NCBI GenBank assembly: GCA_050953065.1
Contig: JBMNLZ010000002.1
Coordinates: 416,001-480,000, forward strand
DNA: 64,000 bases
Direction of reading: 5' to 3'
DNA from: Bacilli bacterium
Lineage (GTDB): Bacteria > Bacillota_I > Bacilli_A > ML615J-28 > CAG-698
Shown: positions 21,963 through 30,453 of the stretch, piece by piece
How the letters are laid out: every line of letters starts with the position of its first letter
Position numbering within the stretch: position 1 is the stretch's first letter
Notes under the pieces: generated by a model
Database searches by the model: none
What the model saw: the letters and a program-made list of their open reading frames with translations, nothing else
Told to the model about the DNA's origin: nothing
Made by a program: the position numbers and the translations under genes

Positions 21963-22210
21963 CAATATTAGTTGTAATGCTTAACCAATTAAGATAAGAT
22001 TTAATAGTTGAAAGAGTTAGTAGAACAATAGGATATTAGAAAGTCAAAAAATAGTCTTTGATAAATGTTTAAATTATAAATTATTATATGTTATAAAAGA
22101 ATTGATGTTTTTAATACATTAATCCTTTTATTTTGTTTAAAAAAATATAGAAATCTTTACAAAACTCTTACATTTTGGTATCATAGATGTTAGTAAAGGA
22201 GAAGTAAAGA

Positions 22211-24022
22211 ATGAAAATAAAAACTTTTTTATTTATTTTATTAGCAAGTTTATTTGTATTTACAGGGTGTAAGACTAAAGAAATTGAAGAATTTACAATT
22301 AAATTCATCAATTGGGATGAAACAGTACTTTCTGAATTGATATTAGAAAAAGGAGCAACAATTACAGCTCCAGCAGACCCAACACGTGAGGGGTATGAGT
22401 TTGTAGGGTGGGATAAAACTTTTTCAACTGCAAATAGTGAAGTAGTTATAACTGCTCAGTTTAATAAGTTAGCTTATACAGTTAAATTCTATGATGCAAA
22501 TGGCGCTGTATTAAAACAAGAAATTGTTGAATATGGAGATGATGCAACAGCTCCAGCAAATCCTAAAAAAGCAGGCTATGATTTTGTAGCTTGGGATAAA
22601 GCATTTACAAATGTTAAGTCTAATTTAGATGTTAATCCTGTTTTTGAAGAAGGCTCATATAAACTTAGTTTTTATGATGGGGCTACTCCATTAACACTTG
22701 GTGTTAATTCATATAAAAGAACAGAAGAATTAGTATTACCAACACCTACTAAAGAAGGATATGCTTTTGTTGGTTGGTTCGTATCAGATATTTCATTTTA
22801 TGAAATTACTAAATTAGATGCATCTTTTAAAGGTGATTTAAAGTTATATAGTAGATGGGTAAGAACTGCTCAAAGTAATTTAACAGCACCTGCTAATGTT
22901 GGTGAGTTTACTCAAATTATTAAGAAACCTCACTCAAGTGGAGCAGGATTTGTTTATCAACCAGAGTTTCCATCGGGTGCTAGTACCACTTCAGTTACTC
23001 AATATGATTGGGCAAGTAGTGATGCAACAGTTGCTACAGTTAGTCAATGGTCATCAATTTCAACTGCATCAATTGGTTATGCTATAATTACAGCAACTTT
23101 AAAAACAGATTCAAATATTGTTTATTGGTGTGTAATTAAAACTACAGCTGATGGGGTTGTTAAAGCTAGTTTAGAAGAAGCAAATGCTCCTAGTTTTGTA
23201 ACTGCAACATTTAAATTAAGTGAAACTGAAGAAGTAGAAAAAATCGTTCAAAAGGGTGGTTTTGCGATTGCTCCAACTCCTTATGAAAAAGAAGGGTATA
23301 TCTTTACTGGTTGGAAAGGTGAAGCAGACGAAACAATCTATAATATTACTAAAGATACAACATTTATCCCTACATATGAAGAAGGTACAAACTCATATGC
23401 AGGTAAAACTATCAGTCTTATTGGTGATAGCATTACTACGTATAATGGATATATTCCATCAGGATTTGCATATTTCTATCCTTATGCAACAGCAGATTTA
23501 GCTGATGTAAATCAAACATGGTGGATGCAATTTATTAATTACTTTGGAATGAAGTTATTAGTTAATAATGCATGGAGTGGATCTGCAGTAGCAGGAGATG
23601 CTCAATCAGCTGCTCAAAAAGTTTCTAGAACAGATTATACATTCATAGGAGAAGTAAAACCTGATGTAATTGTAATTATGATGGGAGCAAACGATGCAGG
23701 AAGTTCTTATATTAATTTAAGTCAATTTGAAGCAGCTTATAATGTGATGCTTAATAATTTAAAAACATCTTGTCCAGATTCTGAAATAATTCTTTGTACT
23801 CTTCCTTCAATCACACTTTATTCAGAAGAAGATCAAATAGCTTATAATAATGTAATTAAAGCTTATGCAACAAACAATGATTATAAAGTAATTGATTTTG
23901 CAGATGCATTTACACGTGATGAAGTTGGCACTTATTTAGTTGACTCTGCTCATCCAAACAAATCTGGAATGGATAAAATGGCAGAAACTGCAATTGATGA
24001 CTTTAAAACTGCAATTAAATAA
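22211..24022 (+). CDS. Lipoprotein with InlB B-type (Flg_new) repeats, an Ig-like domain and a C-terminal SGNH/GDSL hydrolase
   Basis: Lipobox FTGC; P.KEGY.F.GW repeats; GDSITT, GANDAG, DSAHPN. Confidence 0.88.
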   Translation: MKIKTFLFILLASLFVFTGCKTKEIEEFTIKFINWDETVLSELILEKGATITAPADPTREGYEFVGWDKTFSTANSEVVITAQFNKLAYTVKFYDANGAVLKQEIVEYGDDATAPANPKKAGYDFVAWDKAFTNVKSNLDVNPVFEEGSYKLSFYDGATPLTLGVNSYKRTEELVLPTPTKEGYAFVGWFVSDISFYEITKLDASFKGDLKLYSRWVRTAQSNLTAPANVGEFTQIIKKPHSSGAGFVYQPEFPSGASTTSVTQYDWASSDATVATVSQWSSISTASIGYAIITATLKTDSNIVYWCVIKTTADGVVKASLEEANAPSFVTATFKLSETEEVEKIVQKGGFAIAPTPYEKEGYIFTGWKGEADETIYNITKDTTFIPTYEEGTNSYAGKTISLIGDSITTYNGYIPSGFAYFYPYATADLADVNQTWWMQFINYFGMKLLVNNAWSGSAVAGDAQSAAQKVSRTDYTFIGEVKPDVIVIMMGANDAGSSYINLSQFEAAYNVMLNNLKTSCPDSEIILCTLPSITLYSEEDQIAYNNVIKAYATNNDYKVIDFADAFTRDEVGTYLVDSAHPNKSGMDKMAETAIDDFKTAIK

Positions 24023-24042
24023 TTAAAAGTTAATTATATTTT

Positions 24043-24082
24043 AAAATACTAGACTTAAAAAAACTTAAGTCTAGTATTTTTT
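24043..24082 (+). terminator. Intrinsic terminator (16-bp stem)
   Basis: AAAATACTAGACTTAA-N6-TTAAGTCTAGTATTTT followed by Ts. Confidence 0.8.
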
Positions 24083-24128
24083 ATATACATTTGATAAAAT
24101 ATAACTATAAAAAGAGGAGAATAATAAA

Positions 24129-26867
24129 ATGAGATTTCTAAAAAGTTTATTATTATTACTAGTTTTAGGACTACTTTTAATGGGTTGTGAGTTTGTGCAA
24201 GTACAAAAGTATACCGTTACTTTTATGGATGATGGTGTAGAAATTACTAAAGTTACAGTTATAGAAGGTTCTAATGTAACAGCTCCAGCAAGCCCAACAA
24301 AAGAAGGTTTTATTTTTACTGGTTGGGATAAAGATTTCACAAATGTTCAATCTAATCTAGTAGTTAATGCTGTTTTTGCAAAAGAAACATATACAGTTGT
24401 GTTTAGAGTAGATGGGGTTCAACAAGGAGAGGCTCAAATAGTTAATTATGGAGAAACAGCAACTTCACCTGTTGTTCCTAAAAAAGAAGGATTTAAATTT
24501 GTGGGTTGGGATAAGGCTTTTGATAATGTTCAAGGTGATTTAGTAGTTAATGCAATTTATGTTGATTCTAATACAGTAACATATACAGTTGTATTTAGAG
24601 TAGATGGAGTTCAACAAGGTAATGTTCAAATAATTACTCATGGTTCATCAGCAACTTCACCAGCAAATCCAACAAAAGAAGGTTTTACTTTTACAGGTTG
24701 GGATAAAGATTTTACTAATGTTACCTCTAATTTAGAAATTAATGCTGTTTTTGTGTCAAATACAGCAACAACTTTTACAGTTGTTTTTAAAGTTGATGGA
24801 GTTCAACGTGGAAATATTCAAACAGTTGCTAAAGGTGAATCAGCAATGCCACCAACAAATATTACAAAAGTAGGATTTAAATTTGTAGGTTGGGATAGAG
24901 ACTTTACTAATATTCAATCTGATTTAGTGATTAATGCAGTATTTGTTGCTCAATATACGGTTGTTTTTAAAGTAGATGGGATTCAAATGTTTCCTACTCA
25001 AACAGTTAGTCATGGTGAAACATCAAATGCTCCTCTTAATCCAACTAAAACTGGATATGAATTTATAGGTTGGGATAAACCATATACAAACGTTACCTCT
25101 AATTTAGAAATTAATGCTATTTTTAAAGTGCTTAAATATAATGTTTTATTTAAAGTTGATGGAGCGACTGTCTCAACTCAAGCAATTGAATATGGCAAGG
25201 GAGCAACAGCACCAGCAAATCCAACAAAAGAAGGTTTTGCATTTATAGGTTGGGATAAAAGTTTTTCTAATATTACATCTGAATTAGTTGTTAATGCTAT
25301 GTTTGCTGTTCAATATACAGTTGTTTTCAAAGTAGATGGAGCAGTTGTTTCAACTCAAACTGTTAATCATGGCGCAGCAGCAACAGCACCAGCAAGCCCA
25401 TCTAAAATAGGCTATACATTTACTGGATGGGATAAGACATTTATTAATGTTACATCAAATTTAGAAATTAATGCAGTGTTTGTACCAGTGGGTGGCGAAA
25501 CATCATATGCTCTTAATTTCTATGATGGTACAACTAAATTATCACTAGGTGTTAGTTCATATAAACCTTCAGAAGAAATAACTTTACCAGTACCTACTAA
25601 AGCAGGTTATGCTTTTGTAGGGTGGTTTTTATCAGATATCTCACTTTGTGAAATTGCGAAGATACAAAGTTCGTTTAATTATGATTTAACTTTATATAGT
25701 AGATGGATTAGTACGCAACAAAGTCAGTTAACAGCTCCAGCTAATGTTGGAGAGTTTACTCAAATAAATAAAAACCCACATTCAAGTGGGTCTGGTTATG
25801 TATATCAACCTGTTTTTCCATCAGGAGCTAGTACATCGGTTACGTTATACAATTGGGCAAGTAGTAATACAAGCGTTGCTACAATTAGTGCATATTCATC
25901 AATCTCAATTGCATCAGCTGGGTATGCTATCATTACTGCAACTTTAAAAACAAATTCAAGTGTTGTTTATTGGTGTGTAATTAAAACTTCAGCTGATGGA
26001 GTTGTTAAATCTAGTTTAGAAGAAGCAAATGCTCCAAATTATGTAACGGTTACTTTTAAATTAAGTGATACTCAAACAGTCCAAAAGCCTGTATTAAAGG
26101 GAGGCTTTGCAGTTGCACCAACACCACTTCCAAAATTTGGTCACATTTTTACTGGTTGGGTTGGTCAAAATGGTGAAACCATTTATAATATTTCAAAAAA
26201 TACTACATTTATTCCAACATATGAGGTAGGCGCAAATTCATATGCTGGAAAAACAATTAGTGTTTTAGGGGATAGTATTACAACATATGCAGGATACATT
26301 CCTACAGGTTTTCCATATTTTTATCCTTATCCAACTGCAGAATTATCAGATGTAAATCAAACATGGTGGATGCAATTTATTAATTATTTTGGAATGAAGT
26401 TATTAGTTGATAATGCATATAGTGGTAGTACAGTTACAGGTACTGGTTCTTCAGCTGCTCAAACTACAACTAGATTATCACATTTATATATTGGTGATAT
26501 AAAGCCTGATGTTGTTTTAATCCTAATGGGAGCAAATGATGCAGGAAGTTCTTATATTACATTAAGTCAATTTAATACTGCATATGGAATTATGATTAAC
26601 AATATTAAGTCAGCTTCACCAAATTCTGAAATCATCCTTTGTACTCTTCCTTCAATTACTCTTTATACTGAGGCTGATCAAATATCTTATAATAATGCAA
26701 TAAAACAACATGCTACAACTAATAGTTTAAAAGTTTTAGATTTTGCAAAAGCATTTACTCGTGCAGAAAGCACAACTTACTTAGTTGATTCTGCTCATCC
26801 AAATAAAGCTGGAATGATAAAGATAGCTAATGTTGCAATTGCTGACTTTAAAGCTGTTATTAAATAA
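24129..26867 (+). CDS. Paralogous InlB-repeat/SGNH hydrolase lipoprotein with a longer repeat stalk
   Basis: Lipobox LMGC; seven GWD[KR] repeats; C-terminal half closely similar to 22211-24022; GDSITT and DSAHPN. Confidence 0.88.
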   Translation: MRFLKSLLLLLVLGLLLMGCEFVQVQKYTVTFMDDGVEITKVTVIEGSNVTAPASPTKEGFIFTGWDKDFTNVQSNLVVNAVFAKETYTVVFRVDGVQQGEAQIVNYGETATSPVVPKKEGFKFVGWDKAFDNVQGDLVVNAIYVDSNTVTYTVVFRVDGVQQGNVQIITHGSSATSPANPTKEGFTFTGWDKDFTNVTSNLEINAVFVSNTATTFTVVFKVDGVQRGNIQTVAKGESAMPPTNITKVGFKFVGWDRDFTNIQSDLVINAVFVAQYTVVFKVDGIQMFPTQTVSHGETSNAPLNPTKTGYEFIGWDKPYTNVTSNLEINAIFKVLKYNVLFKVDGATVSTQAIEYGKGATAPANPTKEGFAFIGWDKSFSNITSELVVNAMFAVQYTVVFKVDGAVVSTQTVNHGAAATAPASPSKIGYTFTGWDKTFINVTSNLEINAVFVPVGGETSYALNFYDGTTKLSLGVSSYKPSEEITLPVPTKAGYAFVGWFLSDISLCEIAKIQSSFNYDLTLYSRWISTQQSQLTAPANVGEFTQINKNPHSSGSGYVYQPVFPSGASTSVTLYNWASSNTSVATISAYSSISIASAGYAIITATLKTNSSVVYWCVIKTSADGVVKSSLEEANAPNYVTVTFKLSDTQTVQKPVLKGGFAVAPTPLPKFGHIFTGWVGQNGETIYNISKNTTFIPTYEVGANSYAGKTISVLGDSITTYAGYIPTGFPYFYPYPTAELSDVNQTWWMQFINYFGMKLLVDNAYSGSTVTGTGSSAAQTTTRLSHLYIGDIKPDVVLILMGANDAGSSYITLSQFNTAYGIMINNIKSASPNSEIILCTLPSITLYTEADQISYNNAIKQHATTNSLKVLDFAKAFTRAESTTYLVDSAHPNKAGMIKIANVAIADFKAVIK

Positions 26868-26873
26868 AATAAA

Positions 26874-26903
26874 AAAAGCACAAATTTAAAAATTTGTGCT
26901 TTT
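26874..26903. terminator. Bidirectional terminator between convergent genes
   Basis: AAAAGCACAAATTT/AAATTTGTGCTTTT with A/T flanks. Confidence 0.75.
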
Positions 26904-27345
26904 ATTTCATCCATTCAAACATATTATAATAAGTTTCATACATTCCAAGTTTTGTATATGTTTTTTTAGCGACTTGATTATTTTTTTCTACATAAAGTCT
27001 TAAACCACAAACATCTTTTTGTTTAAAAGCTTCCTCTTTAACAAATTCAAATAGAGCTTGAAAAATACCTTTTTGGCGAGAATCTTTATTAACATATACA
27101 CTTTGGATCCACCAAAAGTTAGCGTTTCGCCAATCACTCCATTCAAAAGTAACAAGCAATTGTCCTAAGATTCCACCCTTTTCTTCATAGACATAATAAC
27201 GTCCTTTACTTGGATCATTTAAGACTGCTCTAACACCCTTTGTAACAATGTTTTTTTGCAGGTCTAAATCTTCAGTTTCTTCAGCTAAAGCCATATTATA
27301 CTCGATAATGCTTCGTTCGTCTTTTAAGTTTGCTATTCTTATCAT
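26902..27345 (-). CDS. GNAT family N-acetyltransferase
   Basis: EWSDWRN, VYV...RQKGIF, RLYVEKNN, YTKLGM. Confidence 0.88.
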   Translation of the reverse strand: MIRIANLKDERSIIEYNMALAEETEDLDLQKNIVTKGVRAVLNDPSKGRYYVYEEKGGILGQLLVTFEWSDWRNANFWWIQSVYVNKDSRQKGIFQALFEFVKEEAFKQKDVCGLRLYVEKNNQVAKKTYTKLGMYETYYNMFEWMK

Positions 27346-27433
27346 AATTAGTTTACCTCTTAAAAGTATTATAGTATAATTAAATCTTTTTGTAAAGAAG
27401 AGGAAATTAAGAAAACTAAGTAGTTTTCACTAC

Positions 27434-28888
27434 TTAGTTTGTTTTATCTATTAACTTATTAATTAGACTTAAGAATTCTTTTTTATAGACATCATTTTCA
27501 ACACAGTTTAGATTATTAATACGATTTCTTGCTTGAATGAAGCTAGAGGTTCCTTTAAAACTTGAATTTCTCAAGACTAAACTTACTTCAACGATGCTTG
27601 AAATAAATAAGATATCTTCATTTGGTTCTATTACAATATCATCTTTAGAAACGCTTAAACTTTGTTCATAAATTTCTTCTTCGCCAACGGTAGGACTTTT
27701 ATAGCGTAATAGAATGTTTCCTAAATCTTTAGCCTCTGATTCTTTTAATTTGATTTCATAAATAACTGTGACTCTATGACCTGCACCAATTTCTCCAGCA
27801 TCAGTTGATTCTTCATCAAATTCTTCATCGGTTAATAATTTGTTTTCATAACCGATTATGCGAAATGAAGAAACAGTTTCTTCATTGAAAGTAATTTGAG
27901 CTTTAGCATCACGAGCAACGGTAAATAGTGTACCATTAATATCTTCAATTAGAGCTTTTTTTGCTTCAAGAATAGTATCAATATAGGCATGATTTCCATT
28001 TCCTTTACTGGCAAGAGTTTCTAGTTTATTATCTTTATAGTTACCATAGCCAAATCCTAAAACAGATAGATATATTCCTGTTTCTTTTTTTTCTGAAATA
28101 AAAGCTTCTAGGTCACTAGGTGAACTAATTCCAACATTGAAATCTCCATCAGTAGCTAAAATTACTCGGTTATTTCCACCTTCAATAAAATGTTTTTCAG
28201 CAAGTTCGTAAGCTCTTTGGATTCCTTTAGCTCCTGCAGTAGTACCACTTGCATATAAATCAGAGATAATCGCTGAAATACGAGCTTTTTCATATCCCAT
28301 ACCACCATCTAGTAAGACTTGATCACTTGATGCATAAGTAACAATCGAGATAACATCATCATCTCCTAGGGCTTCTAGTAAAAGAATAAAAGCTTCTTGA
28401 ACTAAAGGTAGGCAGTTGCTTCTATTCATTGAACCTGATACATCAAGTAAGAAAACTAAATTATTTTTTATTTCATCTTTTTCAATTGGAGCTGCTTTCA
28501 TTCCAATCATTAAAAGATTAGACTTTTCATTCCAAGGAGTTGGAATGATTGATGCTTGCATAGACATTATTTCATCATTGCTTGGATCAGCGTAATCATA
28601 AGAAAAATAATTAATCATCTCTTCAATACGAATTGCATTAGGACTGATAGTTCTATCGTTTAATACCATACTTCGAAAGTTTGAATAAGCTGCAGTTGAT
28701 GCTGACAGTGAAAAAGCAGAAGTAGTTTTAACAGAAGTATCAATAAATCTAACTTCTCCAATTTTGTTGTATTCATCTAAAGTAAGCCCATCATGAATAA
28801 AATTCATCTGAGGATAATCATAATGGCCACAACCACTAAGAGATAATAATAATCCTAGTAATAAAACAATAAACCATGTTTTTTTCAT
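27434..28888 (-). CDS. YfbK-like vWA lipoprotein (vWF_A / DUF3520)
   Basis: Lipobox LSGC; IRIEEMINYF, DVSGSM, ATDGDFNVG, GYENK, DAGEIGAGH; start at MKKTW after AGGAG. Confidence 0.88.
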   Translation of the reverse strand: MKKTWFIVLLLGLLLSLSGCGHYDYPQMNFIHDGLTLDEYNKIGEVRFIDTSVKTTSAFSLSASTAAYSNFRSMVLNDRTISPNAIRIEEMINYFSYDYADPSNDEIMSMQASIIPTPWNEKSNLLMIGMKAAPIEKDEIKNNLVFLLDVSGSMNRSNCLPLVQEAFILLLEALGDDDVISIVTYASSDQVLLDGGMGYEKARISAIISDLYASGTTAGAKGIQRAYELAEKHFIEGGNNRVILATDGDFNVGISSPSDLEAFISEKKETGIYLSVLGFGYGNYKDNKLETLASKGNGNHAYIDTILEAKKALIEDINGTLFTVARDAKAQITFNEETVSSFRIIGYENKLLTDEEFDEESTDAGEIGAGHRVTVIYEIKLKESEAKDLGNILLRYKSPTVGEEEIYEQSLSVSKDDIVIEPNEDILFISSIVEVSLVLRNSSFKGTSSFIQARNRINNLNCVENDVYKKEFLSLINKLIDKTN

Positions 28889-29056
28889 ATTTAGTCTCCT
28901 TAAATAGTTTTTCTTGATTTCATTATACATTTTAAAAAAAGAATTGTCAAAAAAATTGGCTTTTACTAAATGATAATTTAAGAGTTAATTATGTTACTAC
29001 TAGTTAAATGAATTTTCTTTTAGTTTATAAAAAAATATGATAAAATAACTAGTAGG

Positions 29057-29515
29057 ATGGATAAAACAATGATAAAGGAAACGACTTATAAAGAATATAT
29101 TGAAGAAAATGAATTTTTAGTTTATGCTCCTCGTGGGGTTAGTATGTTACCTTTAATTAAAGAAGGAATAGATTCTGTTAGACTAGTTAAAATCAAACGC
29201 CCTATTAAAAAATATGATGTATTATTATACAGTAGAGAAAATGGTAGTTGTGTACTTCATAGGGTAGTAAGGGTATGCAAAGAAAGTTATGATATGATGG
29301 GAGATAACCAGTGGATTATTGAAAGGGGCGTAAAAAAAGATAATATAATAGCTTTAATGGATGGGGTTTATAAAGGAGAAAAATTTATTAGCATAAACAG
29401 TTTTAGATATAAAATATATGCAAGATTTAGAGTTTGGTTTCGCTTTTTTAGAAGAGTTAATAATTATATAAAAAGAAGGGTTTTTAAAAGAAACAATAAG
29501 GAGAAAAATAAATGA
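29057..29515 (+). CDS. S24/S26-family serine peptidase without a TM anchor
   Basis: GVSMLPLI (catalytic Ser), YDVLLY, VLHRVV, MMGDN. Confidence 0.82.
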   Translation: MDKTMIKETTYKEYIEENEFLVYAPRGVSMLPLIKEGIDSVRLVKIKRPIKKYDVLLYSRENGSCVLHRVVRVCKESYDMMGDNQWIIERGVKKDNIIALMDGVYKGEKFISINSFRYKIYARFRVWFRFFRRVNNYIKRRVFKRNNKEKNK

Positions 29516-30222
29516 GAAAAGTCTTTATAATTTTAAGCACATTTTTAATTTTGTTTTTAGTTGGATGTGGGGATAAAACAAAAGCAATTTCAGTTGAAAT
29601 TGGTAATATAACAATGAATGATGAAGGATTAGTAGTAAGTTTTACTTTAGATGATCCAAGTCTAACTAAACTAAAGATTTCTAAAGTAGGACTAATTTAT
29701 AAGGTTTATAAAGAAAATGAAGTTTTAACTAAATCAAGTTCTTTAGGTTTAAAAGAACAAGCCTTTAATCAAGAAGAAGTAGAGTTTGTTATGAGTGATT
29801 TTTTGGAAGATACTTATACAAAGACCTTGCAAATAAAAGTTTTTATTGAAACAGAAGATGAGAAAATAAAATATTCAGAAAAATTTAAAACTTTTTGTTT
29901 GTATGATATAGCAAGTAGTCTTTCTACTGCTTATGCATTAATGATTTTATCTCAAACAGAAGATTCTTATATTGAAGAGGTTTCATTAAATGTAGATTAT
30001 CAAAACTATCAAATAGAAGCATTAGATGAATCATATGAAGCGACTATTACAACTGATTATAACTTTATAACAATAATAGTTAACATAAAAGAGACTAAAC
30101 GCTTAAAAGAAGGTTTTACATTTATTATTAATAACAAAACAATTGAAAAGGGAGAATATACAGTAACAGATAATTCTATTACATATATCAAAGAAGATCC
30201 TAATTGGACAAAACCGTATTAA
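29512..30222 (+). CDS. Lipoprotein of unknown function
   Basis: Lipobox LVGC; overlaps the peptidase stop; RBS AAGGAG. Confidence 0.8.
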   Translation: MRKVFIILSTFLILFLVGCGDKTKAISVEIGNITMNDEGLVVSFTLDDPSLTKLKISKVGLIYKVYKENEVLTKSSSLGLKEQAFNQEEVEFVMSDFLEDTYTKTLQIKVFIETEDEKIKYSEKFKTFCLYDIASSLSTAYALMILSQTEDSYIEEVSLNVDYQNYQIEALDESYEATITTDYNFITIIVNIKETKRLKEGFTFIINNKTIEKGEYTVTDNSITYIKEDPNWTKPY

Positions 30223-30249
30223 TTGTTGAGTAATATTTGTTAGAATTGG

Positions 30250-30278
30250 TTGATAAAAAATAAAAAATATGTTAACAT
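30250..30278 (+). promoter_or_regulatory. SigA-type promoter for the peptide and surface-protein genes
   Basis: TTGATA-N17-TAACAT with an extended -10 TG. Confidence 0.55.
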
Positions 30279-30326
30279 GAGGTGTAGTGTTTTTTTAAAA
30301 GGCTATTTAATGAAGGAGGTATATTA

Positions 30327-30446
30327 ATGAAGGAAATTTATCAAAAACCGATTGTTGAAATCGTAAAATTTGAAGAAAGCGAGATTAGAACTGATACATC
30401 TACAATGGACTTTGGTGTAAATGATTGGTTCGAAACAGGGGTTTAG
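30327..30446 (+). CDS. 39-aa putative RiPP-like precursor peptide MKEIYQKPIVEIVKFEESEIRTDTSTMDFGVNDWFETGV (missing from the ORF track)
   Basis: Strong RBS AAGGAGGT at 30313-30320; YxxP leader motif; near peptidase, kinase and nucleotidyltransferase genes. Confidence 0.8.
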   Translation: MKEIYQKPIVEIVKFEESEIRTDTSTMDFGVNDWFETGV

Positions 30447-30453
30447 AATTATG

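Noticed and set aside
24200-25490. CRISPR-like periodic repeats (ggttgggataa roughly every 186 nt)
   Set aside because: These are in-frame InlB B-type protein repeats; no spacers or cas genes
30421-30453. ORF-track start of the 690-aa protein at 30421
   Set aside because: It has no RBS, overlaps the peptide gene and adds residues before a clear signal peptide; 30451 or 30454 fits better
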